Assembly: GCA_030704615.1 (NCBI GenBank) | Contig: CM060731.1 | Coordinates: 93,992,001 to 94,056,000, forward strand | DNA: 64,000 bases | Source: Takakia lepidozioides | Lineage: Eukaryota > Plantae > Bryophyta | Direction of reading: 5' to 3' | Shown: in pieces, positions 46,886 to 57,600 of the stretch | How the letters are laid out: every line of letters starts with the position of its first letter | Numbering within the stretch: position 1 is the stretch's first letter | Notes under the pieces: model-generated | Database searches by the model: none | Told to the model about the DNA's origin: nothing | Seen by the model: only the letters and a program-made list of their open reading frames with translations | Made by a program: the position numbers and the translations under genes

Positions 46886-48925
46886 AAGCGACCGCCAACT
46901 TGGCAAGCGCTCCATTTTCCGGAAAATAAAAAAATAAGCGACCGTCAGAACTGGCGGTCGCTCTATTTTCCGGGAAAAAAAAAAAAAAAAACGACCTCCA
47001 GAACAGGCGGTCGCTCCATTTTCCGGATTAAAAAAAAAAAACTGCAACCGCCAGAACAGGCGTCCGCTCCATTTTCCGAAAATAAAATAAATAAGCGACC
47101 GCCAATATAGGCGGTCGCTTCATTTTTTTTAAAAATAAAATAAAAGGGACCGCCAGTAATGGCGGTCGCTTGATTTTCAAAACAATTTAAAATAAATTGA
47201 CAGCCAGTCACGGCGGTCGCTCCATTTCCAACAAAATTTTAATAAAAGCGACCGCCAGTAGTGGCGGTCGCTGGATTTACAAAAAACAAAACAATTGCGG
47301 CGACCGCCCGTAATGGCGGTCGCTTCATTTTCAAAAATATTTAAATAAAAGCAACCATCAGTAATGGCGGTCGCTTCAATTTTATCTTAAAAACAATTAA
47401 AATAAAAGCGACCGCCACAAATGGCGGTCGCTCCATATCCAACCAAATTTAAAAAAAAACGACCGCCACTAATGGCGGTCACTGCAATTAAAAAAAACAA
47501 CAATACCGGCGACCACCCCTAATGGCGGTCGCTCCATTTGCCTTCAAGAAACAAAAAAACGACCGCCACTAACGGCGGTCGCTTCATTTCCAAAAAATAA
47601 TTAAAATAAAAGCGACCGCCAATAACGGCGGTCGCTTCATTTCAAAAATAATTAAAATAAGAGCGACCGCCAGTAATGGAGGTCGCCCCATTTCCAAAAA
47701 TAAAAAAATAAAAGCGACCGCCAGTAATGGCGGTCGCTGCATTTAAAAAAATAACCATTACAGCGACCGCCAGAAATGGCGGTCGCTGCATTTTGTAAAA
47801 ACAAAAATTGCCAGTAATGGAAGTGAGGGGAGAATGACTGGGGGCTTATATGCCCCCCCCCCCCTCATTCCTCGCTCCACGCGCAGGGCAGACCTCGTAG
47901 AAGCGACCGCCACCTTGGCGGTCGCTCCATTTAAAACAAAAAAAAACGACCGCCACAAATGGCGGTCGCTCCATTTTGCCAAAAAAAAGAAAAAAATCGA
48001 CCGCCAGTAATGGCGGTCGCTGCATTTATAAAAACAAAAAAGAACTTCAAGCGACCGGAAGTGAGGGGAGAATGAGCCGGAGCTTATATGCCCCCCTCCC
48101 CCCGCCTCACTCCTCGCTCCATGCGCAGGGCACACTTTGTAGAAGCGTCCGCCACCTTGGCGGTCGCTCCATTTTCATTTTCAAAACAATTAAAATAAAA
48201 GTGACCGCCATAAATGGCGGTCGCTCCATTTTCATTTTCAAAACAATTAAAATAAAAGTGACCGCCATAAATGGCGGTCGCTCCATTTCCAACCAAATTT
48301 AAATAAAAGTGACCGCCACTAATGGAGGTCGCTGCAATTATAAAAACAACAATACCGACGACCGCCCCTAATGGCGGTCGCTCCATTTTCCTCCAAAAAA
48401 CAAAAAAGCGACCGCCAGTAACGGCGGTCACTTCATTTCCAAAATAATTAAAATATGAGCGACCGCCAGTAATGGCGGTCGCTTCATTTCCAAAATAATT
48501 AAAATAAAAGCGACCGCCGGTAATGGCGGTCGCTTCATTTCTAAAATAATTAAGATAAAAGCGACCGCCGGTAATGGCGGTCGTTTCATTTCCAATAAAA
48601 TAAAAGCGACCGCCATGTATATCCCTCCCCCCCCCCTCATTCCTCGCTCCACGCGCAGGACAGACCTCGTAGAAGCGACCGCCACCTTCGCGGTCGCTCC
48701 ATTTTAAAAAAAAAACGACCGCTAATAATGGCGGTCGCCCCATTTCCAAAAATAAAAAAATAAAAGCGACCGTCATCGCTGCATTTCAGAAAATAACCAT
48801 TACATCGACCGCCAGAAATGACGGTCGGGGAGAATGACTGGGAGCTTATATCCCTCTCCCCTCATTCCTCGCTCCATGCGCAGGGCAGACCTCGTAGAAG
48901 CGACCGCCAGCTTGGCGGTCGCTCC
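46886..48925. repeat. Right subterminal array of about 35-40 AGCGACCGCC-N4/5-GGCGGTCGCT palindromes separated by A-tracts, with five copies of a TATA/poly-C block
   Basis: Directly visible, with about 50-bp period. The higher-order block atccccccctcattcctcgctccacgcgcagggcagacctcgtagaagcgaccgcc recurs at about 46850, 47850, 48090, 48620 and 48850. Confidence 0.95.
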
Positions 48926-49256
48926 ATTTAAATAAAAATGAATGCACAGTTGGAAGCATGGCACAATTGTTCTTCATTCCACAAGCAAATCACCGAACAC
49001 AAACATGAGCAAGTGACGGTGCCTTTGGCCGTCATTTTGGCTGGTATACACATGGGCAACATCTTTTATTTTCCAACACATACACAACAACAATACAAAT
49101 ACTCATAGTGACAATGATCACATTGGTATTACTTCACTACAGAAATATAAACATGAACACAGACGTCCGCGATTTTCCGAGAGTCGCTGGTAAGCGACCT
49201 CCTTATGGTCGCTTTTGTCATTTTTTTTTCCCTGGTCGCTTTCTGAAACCAATTTG

Positions 49257-50189
49257 TCAGGCTCCATTGTTTTCTGCAATGACAATTGCAATGTCGGGGA
49301 TTCGGCCAGCTGCAGTGTGTAGACTGGCAGCTACACTCTCTGAAAGTGGTGATGCATTAGCACTGTCTGCGAGGATAGCAGATAAGGTGCAGTCCATACA
49401 TGATGTTATGGATCCAAAGGTGATGACAGCCACGGCTGCGTCATGGCAGGCGGCAGCTGCAAGGTTGCAAGAGTTACCATCTAGGCAAGCCATCGAGCAT
49501 GCTATGGTGACTCCTGGAGTAGTCCTGTTGGATAACCAAGCTTGTGTGTTCCAGTTGTGTGGCCCAACCGGGAGGAGGTATAGGCCACTGCGAGTCTTGT
49601 TGGACTCGGGGGCTCAACTATTGATGTTGGGGAGAGCGACAATTGTAGGCTTGTGCCTTATAGATGCGGACTTGGAGCCTTGCCCTTTCAGATTCAGACG
49701 TCTTTAGGTGGTTTGAAGAAGACACGATGAATTACACGCCATGAGCTCTTCATTGGACTGCAGCCAGATCATCCTACGGATGGCTCAGTCATGAGAGCAA
49801 ATGCCATTGTTATAGATGCTATGTCATATGATGTGCTTGTTGGTAGGGCTGTGTTGTACCCTATGGGATTCACTCTAGACTTCTAGGAGGAGACGACGTC
49901 CTATAGGCCGGGATGGCAGTCAGGGGATGGCCGGCGTGCACTGCTTCCGGTGCAGTTTATTGGGAATGTAGCCGTGGATCATAGGAACATGAGACCCACA
50001 TTGACTGCATTCTCAGGTGTGGTGGCTTAGGGTGGTGAGCTCTTGGAGGGAAATAACCATGTGAAGGATAGCCCACCACCTGATGAGGAGAGGCAATTGG
50101 TGTACAAGGCTGAGTTGCTTTCTCAGGTGCATGTTCATAGCCCCTTGTGGGGTACAGTTGGAAGGAGGCCTTTCCCATCGATGAGTGAA
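49257..50189 (+). pseudogene. Gypsy-type aspartic protease region (decayed)
   Basis: RVLLDSGAQ..MLG, DLEPCPF.IQTSLGG, SYDVLVG..VLYPMGFTLDF, YRPGWQSGDG. Confidence 0.85.
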
Positions 50190-51725
50190 CAATGACGCAA
50201 CCGCGTGAGCTTCGCGCATGAGCGTGTGAGCGTATGCTCACGCTAGGTGATGTGGCCTGAGCGTGACGTGGCGTGAGCGTGATGCCAACAGATTGCCATA
50301 GTGTCGGATGCTAACATGGCGTCATGTCAGCATCCGCTACGTCAACAGAAACATACGGCGCCTATATCCGAGGGTCCTATGACTGTGGGATGAATTTAGG
50401 CAACATGAAACTAAAATACCATCAAAATACCCGAAATGGGAAATAAGCCTAAAATCGTGGCATCCATTCCACAACATTCTGCAATTACAATTGTAAGTTT
50501 TACAATAACAATTACAAGGGGAACAAAATAACCTCACAAGGCTCCATAGAGGCTAACCCAGGAAGACCCTGCTTCCTCCCCAAATAACGAAGAGAAAAGG
50601 GATCACGGTATAAAAAAGAAGCCTGCAGTACATAGCGACACAGCAGAAATACACGGTAGACCGAGATGGAAGACCAAATAATAGGAAAATAACATCCAAC
50701 CAGATGGCACATCTGCAAACACCTTCCCCCAACCATGTGGAACGCCTTACGGGATAGAGACAAAAGGTCTGAGTGGACCGAGCTTACAAGTTTAATAGAA
50801 GATGGTTTCCCCTCAAAGCCAGGAACCCATCTTTGACGTCCAAATGTGCCATGATGCATGAGTTCTAAGAACTTGCCACACAGAGCACACGCCAAATGCC
50901 AAAATAGAGCAGAAGTGATGATCGTCGACGATCTTAACAACCCCTTTCCAAAATGCCAAACCAGAGTTTTTATTTTTAATTTAAATATTTAAATATTTAA
51001 ATATTTATCCGTATTGTTCCCAAAAAAAAAAAAAAAAAACATCACTTCGGATGATCGGTGCCGATCATCACTTCTGCTCTGTTTTGGCATTTGGGTAGTT
51101 GTGATGATCGTCGACGTTCATCACCTCTGCTTGATACTTGATACTTGATACTTGATTTCCAAACATGCAAGGGCTTAGTATGTAGACCATATTTAAATCA
51201 GTCTATTCCATCTGGGCGATTTTTACGTAGGAAAGCCTCAATTCCACTCCGGCTAACTTTGAGGGTTGGGGATCTGCACTGGAAATTGCTATTACACCTT
51301 GTTATCGACTGACACAAAAGCTTGTTGAAACTAGCACGCTCATTCTCCCTTTCATGGGAGGGATAAAGGTCTTACTTCGGCAATCGCACACTTATCAAAT
51401 CGCAGTTTATGACACGAGGGGCGACGGTGGGATGGATGTTAAAGATGTAGTCTGCAATGACTGGAAATGGTAAATCATTCCGTGGAAATAGGCACCTACC
51501 TCACGTCTCTTGGCTCACGATCTAGCATTCCCCCCTTCCGCCTGTTCTGTCCGCGGTTATAGGTCCGTGCCTATGGAAATGACGTGGCATGACGTGGCGT
51601 GGCGTCAACCACGCTGGCGATGACTGCTGACGTGCCGCGACACCCGTGAACCAACGTGGCGTGAGCCTGATTGCGCTCACGTGCTCACACGCTCACGCGG
51701 CCAGGCTCACGCGGAGGCATCCCCC
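50190..51725. mobile_element. Non-autonomous TIR DNA element with a 9-bp TSD ATGAGTGAA, inserted between protease and DNMT
   Basis: TSD at 50181-50189 and 51726-51734; imperfect TIRs ..ccgcgtgagc / gctcacgcgg..; GTGAGC-rich subterminal repeats; internal inverted repeat at about 50892-51096. Confidence 0.8.
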
Positions 51726-52790
51726 ATGAGTGAAGGGAGTTCAGCAGCTTCACTTGGACCTCTTTGGTTATCACCTCTAGATACATTGCACATTACATAG
51801 CAACCCCCTGACTTAGGGATTTGTTTGCTAGACCTATTTGGAGGCATGAGCACTGGGCTTACAGGAGTGTTGCAAGCAGAGATCAAAATACGTAAGTACT
51901 TATATGTGGAGAATGATGGGATTGCTCAACGTGTTTCCATGCGCCATACTGCCTTGCTCGCACACCAGTATCCTAAATCGTTGCCCCTCTCAGCAATTCA
52001 AGATACTAAAAGGCCTTGCCAACAGACATTACCATGTTGGGGGCGAAAGATTTGGACCAGCATGGTTCCATTGACTTGGTGATAGCAAGGTGGCCTTGCC
52101 AAAGACACTCTCCCGTAGGTCATGGTAATGGTTTGTATGATGCAAGGTCGTATTTGTTCTGGGAAATATGGTGAGTATTGCATAACTTGCAGATGAGGCA
52201 AGTGCAACCTCCAGCTTAAGTCCTGGAGAATGTTCTTCTCATGGGGGATTCTCAGACTAGGGTTATAGCAAGTGTGTATCAAATCGGGTCATGGATTGGA
52301 CTAGCTGTATTATTGGATGCAGCCGTAGAGGGGTCACGGGCACATAGGCCTAGGTTGTGGTGGACCAATCTTGCACCACCAGAGTTGCTCAAGAGAGCCT
52401 ATGATTCCATTCAATGGCCACCCAACCTCACGGTTGAGGACATTTTGGATCAAGGGAGGTAAACACAGAGAGTGCATCATGATGACCCACCTTTGGCGGT
52501 GGTCAACCAAGTGGGGCAGCCACAAGTGGCCTTGCCTACACTCATGAGCTTTATCTTGCCTCATGTTTTTTGAGACAATGGTCCAAGGTTGATTTGGGAC
52601 AGTGTGCTACAGCAAATTGGTGGAACCCAATGTAGATGAACACGAGCGAGCAATGGGATTTTCCACGGGCACTACAGCTGTGTCATCTCTGTCAGAGGCA
52701 TCACGCCGACAAGTGTTGGGTCAAGCAATGGATCTAAATTGTTTGACATGGGTCATTAGCTTGTGCATGGCTGAGCAACGGAGGTTGCAG
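51726..52790 (+). pseudogene. C5-cytosine DNA methyltransferase domain within a retrotransposon polyprotein (decayed)
   Basis: Motif I LLDLFGGMSTG, II YLYVEND, IV DLVIARWPCQ, GLYDARS.LFWE, VI VLENV, VIII DAA..GSRAHRPRLWWTN, IX EHERAMGF, X RRQVLGQAM. Confidence 0.9.
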
Positions 52791-53146
52791 GCATGGTGGC
52801 TACTTTTATACTCACATTGGATATTGCATCATCTCTCGCCAACCGGAACGGTTGGAGCAGTGAGTGGGGGCGAGCATATGATCATGAGGTGCAAACATCC
52901 CTGGCAAATGTAGGATGAGGTGCAAAAAGAGAGAGTCGTAGGGTATCTTAAGAAACAATATGAGGAGCGGGGAGAGCCATATACGGAGGATCAGTTGGAG
53001 GCCAAGGTTTTTGAAGAGGTTGAAGATGTTTCTCGCTCGAAGGATGTTCTTAAGGTGGCTATGGCGGAGCAAGTGGAGGCTACGCCACAGTCAGGGTGGG
53101 CGGGCAAGGCCCAAGAGGTTACTATCTAGCAACCAAAGGATGCACG

Positions 53147-54510
53147 TATTAGAGGGTTGTCTAGGACTTAGACAGTTTTATGAGTTCTGTGGGGTACCCT
53201 TAATTTTTGCGCAGACTTATGGATGGTAGATTTAGACCAACACAGGCCTTAGGGGTGGTAGATAGGCTTACACAGTCAGACACAGTTAGCCACAGCCCGA
53301 CACAGCTTTACACAACCAGTCACAGCCTGACACAACCCGACACAACCGACACAGTTGGGCACAACCCGTCACAGATGCAAGCTGTAGAGTTACTGTAGAG
53401 CAGACTAGGGACACCATGGCTTCGGCCTGATACTTGATAGATTTTAATCTGATACACATTCCATACTCACACTGTGTAGAGAGAACTGAGTGAAACTGTG
53501 GAATGTATGGATGAGTGAATGGAACCTGGTAGATTGCTGAAGCAATCTGATACTTGAATATAAACAGTAAGGTAACTTGCTGACATGAAGGCAAGAAGGA
53601 ATACAAACAGGAAGCACTTCCATGATACACTAGTTGTAGGTCATGACTGATTGTTCTGAGCGGACTGAGTGCTTAGAGATATCCAACTCCTCTATCTTGG
53701 AGTTCCCACAAATGAAGAAGAAGAGCAAGAGCTCAAGAGGAAGAGTAAAAAGAAAGAGAAGTTGAAGAGGGATAACTTTGAGAAAAGACTGAAAGAAATT
53801 TTGAAAAAGTATGCCACAGAGGCTGCAATACATTGGAGAAAGAGTGTTTGGTGTGCAAAATGCCAGAATGAAGGCCATACCACAGCTGAATGCCACATGA
53901 AGGAGAAACTATCTGTAAAATGGATAACCATTCTACTGAGAATTGTTATTACAACAGAAGGACAGCTGCAAGGGAACCTAGGCAAGTTAGGGTGCATCAA
54001 GTGCAGCCCCAGCCAAGAAGAAATAATGATCAGGACCACTATGGTAGGCTTGGTGGTTATAACAATGGTATGGCAGGGAGAGGTAATCCAAGAGGGAATT
54101 ACCAAGGCAATCCCAGAGGCAACTATCAGGGTAATCCAAGGGGGAATTACCAGCTAGGGAGGATTATAGAAATAATCCCAGAACGGACCAAGGGCGAGGA
54201 CCCAATGGTGAAGAGCTGTGTTACTATTGTAATCAGGTGAGACATCGCAAAGCAGCCTATCCATTCTGGATCAGACACCAGAATGAGATGAGAGCTCCTA
54301 TGAATGAGGGCCCAGTGGTGGCAGCTCAGATGGTTAGGCCATGTCTTGTACCAGAAGTAAGTACGATGATAGTAACCAGAAGCAAAGCTAAACTAATACC
54401 TCCAGAGGATGAGGAAGAAGATGTTAATGAAGATGGCAGTGATGTGCCTGAAGATGATGAGGCTTGGAGAGATGAGAAGGAACTGCAGAAGGAAGTGGCT
54501 GATACAAGGC
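53147..54510 (+). mobile_element. Diverged LTR (53147-53710) joined by an internal deletion to a gag fragment; same lineage as the 17036-30405 element
   Basis: TATTAGAGGG..GGACTTAGACA..TACCCTTAATTTTTGC matches the LTR. From 53711 the sequence matches gag about 20068-20875 (EEEEQELKRKSK..CAKCQNEGH). Confidence 0.9.
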
Positions 54511-54654
54511 TAGCCAGACAGACAATGAAGTAGCACAACCTGGCCACACACATGTATATTATGTTACAGTACGTAAAAAAGTGCCAACCTAAAAAATGGG
54601 GATGCGTTCCAGCTTCACCCAGTATTTTTCAGTCCCGCGTCCTGATGTTTTCAG

Positions 54655-57600
54655 TCAAAGTTCCACTTCATGCATCTCCTCCCCAACAAAAGAATCGGCA
54701 GCTTGACTGGCCATGTACTGAGGTACCAATACATTCCTCAGTGGTACCCTTTTTCCAGCTATCCCACTGCCCTCACATACTACTGGTGTACTCGGGGCCG
54801 CTCTCGTTGGCAGAGACAGCAAGGAGAAATCCATTGCTCCATCACTACTTGTGCTAGGTTTACAGAGCTCCGTGTTTGTTGGTTGTGGCGGTACCACAGA
54901 AGACTCCTTCATCGAGGCTTCTGAGAACCCCAAGCCTGCATATCCATTACTTAAATTATAAGATGTTACTTCTTTGCTTTCAGGATGTGAGTTCTGAAAC
55001 GAGCTTGGATAACCACCCCAAGAAGCTGCTCTGGAATGGGTGCCATTGCCAAGAGCAGAACTGGTGGGCAGGCCAAAACCATTGGCATCTACAGTTGAGA
55101 ATGCAAACCCATTGTCAGCGCTCGCCACTGGAGGCAGTGATGTGGGGGGTGCCATGAATATGGGCGGGGAGCTTTGTTGCCTCACCACATCCTTTTGCAA
55201 CTCTGGTGCCTCCAGATTAGCATACCCTTCCATACTGCTGCTCTCATCGTTGCCTCTAAGAGTGGCGCTGTTTGCCAGAGTATCCCCAATTTCTGTGGTG
55301 CTATCACTGAGTGAAGGTGTAGGAACAAAGATAGCAGGCACAGATGCACCTCCACCTGGCCTTGGAACTGGAACTAGAGAAGATAGCGCAGGTTTTGATG
55401 GGATGGAACTACCCCCTTTGTTGAAGGTGTCCACATACCTGCAGACAGCAATCACAAAGATTGCACATTGTCACCCTGTTCATAAACTGTCAAGCTCAGG
55501 AAAGTCTTACAAATGAACAAGCATCCACATCCTTCGTAATCAGAAAAATACCCTCCCAAATGCCCAAACATGTGTACCTGGACCGAACACCTTGTTGTCG
55601 AGCACGGGAAGAAAATTGGTTGCTACTGCTAGGGACCACAGGTGGGGTGCCTGGCTTTGACACAGTAGTAGGTACAGAATGACTTTCGTCTCCCCTTGAC
55701 CCAAAAAATTGGCTAGTTGTTGGCGGTGGTGGCAGTGTTGCTTCTTCTGAAGGTAGCTCTACACCTTCTTCCACCCACCTTTTCAGCTTCTCATCATAAT
55801 AAAACTTGTTCTTGTCTCCTAGTTTTGCCTGATATCCAACCATCAACACAGCCAGCCCTAAGCAGAAGTCACCTTCAGCCACTCACTCGGAAACACATGG
55901 AAAGAATTCCACCAACACTCCACTCATAAGCAACTTTTCGATGAGCAGCTCCCATCCAACCCAGCATGAGGGACCAATCAGACTGACAACCCATCGAATG
56001 TAAAAATCAGTACAAGTCACTGCATAGATGAATTACCTCTTTCTTGCCACCAGTAAATGACACAAATCCCAATGCCTTCTGGTAAAAGGTAGAGCCAAAC
56101 CGACCAATGCGACCTCTCACAGCATTAGTAGGGGGAGATCCTGCTCCTGAGTTGACCCCCTCAGCATTCTCCTGCATAACATCCCAATTGTTGTGTACCT
56201 TCAGCAGCCTACCCTTGTCAATCTGGCCCCTCCCTCCTCTTATCACTCCCCAAATTCTTTTTGATAAGAAAATGCAACCTTATCCAAGTCAGAAGTAATC
56301 CTTGGAGAACGTAACGCTAAGAAGAGGCAGTAACCTCACTGCATTCAGAAGAGTATGTCGTCAACAGGCTACTGTGCCTGGCACCTCTTGAATGTATGTG
56401 TCCACCTTACTTGGGATACAAATAAAGCTAAGTATAGAATATTTGATATACATGACCATATTCTATTGCATGATGAGCCCAAGCGGTGGAAGACGAGGGT
56501 AGAAGAGAGAGCCCGACGCATACTTAAACATGAATATTAAAGAAGCTGGGAGATGATCCTATAACCACACATGTAACACACAACCATGTTTCAAGTCAAG
56601 TACAAAACCATCACCATAAATTACAAGGGGATTCCCAGCTAGATGATACTTCTGGGGTAGTTCTCCTTCTTTCAGCTCCTCTGAGTTGACAAATTAAGCT
56701 TAAGAGCTGGATCCTTGTCTCTCAGATCAGAACAGGGAGTTTCTGATATAGCAACCTAAAACCCTGAATCCGCAAATTGAACCGATCTAAGCTAGATGCC
56801 TTCTTCTCATCCATCGAATTGGCTGTGTCCTTTTTATGTTGACAAGATCTTCATCGGATATACAGAACAGACTCCATGAATTCACTACCTATGTGACCCT
56901 CATGAGTAGTAACAGCAACACCTTCCTCTTTCTTTGTACCCTTCTTTCCTTACCCCAACCCCATTCCCAGCTTCGGAAACAAGTTGGAGCTACTAAGGGT
57001 TGACCATAAACGCCTCTCTTATAAAGTTTCTTTCTTTCTCTCTGTCTCTCTCTATGATCCCCGCAGACCTCCTGCAGACATAACAAATTTCCTTTTTCTG
57101 GCAAAAAGAATCCTCTTCAAAAAAGTTAACAAACCATACAGAAGGTGTTTCCAGGTCAGCACCAATCCAAGGTGTGAGCTTGCACCATAGGTACTTTTTA
57201 AGTGCTTGAAAATAGGATGTGGGCTAATCATGCTGAGCTTTCTAGTCATGGAGGCAGGAATCATTAGCCAAGCTTGTAAGCCACTGAATTGGTTCCCTCT
57301 GCAACAGGATCTCATTCAAAGAACGACTACCTGCTTTGGACTTCTGCTGAAATCAGGCTCTGATACACTGCGAGGAGGCATGATAAACCGGTTGCTCTCT
57401 TTGGATAAGCGCTCCATGGAGGCTGATGGAACCAGTGGTGTTGCGGATCGACCAGAGCTAGTTCCTGGTCGCATCGAATTGCTGGCATAATGCTCCACAC
57501 CATTCTCCATCCCAGGTGTGTCTGCCAGCATGGGTGATGGAGGGCCCCCAATCATGCGGGAGATGCCTCTGTCCAGAGAGCTCAACAAGCGGCCCACTAA

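Larger units (their letters stand above)
9728..49255. mobile_element. Putative giant Mutator-like (MULE) DNA transposon with cargo genes (about 26 kb excluding the nested LTR element); termini approximate
   Basis: The same palindromic subterminal repeat occurs at both ends, with inward-facing TATA boxes, a MULE transposase inside and a shared 16-bp palindrome throughout. No TIR or TSD identified. Confidence 0.6.

Noticed and set aside
46963-48776. ORFs across the subterminal array (ERPP and ATAITGGR repeats)
   Set aside because: Artefacts of translating the DNA repeat.
49135-49250. CACTACAGAAA resembling a CACTA terminus followed by GCGACC motifs
   Set aside because: No matching TTTCTGTAGTG end or 3-bp TSD in the window, and the transposase present is MULE-like; may be chance. 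It remains a caveat for the element boundary.
50500-50890. Possible LINE 3'-end remnant inside the TIR element
   Set aside because: Only compositional resemblance; no clear RT or endonuclease motif.
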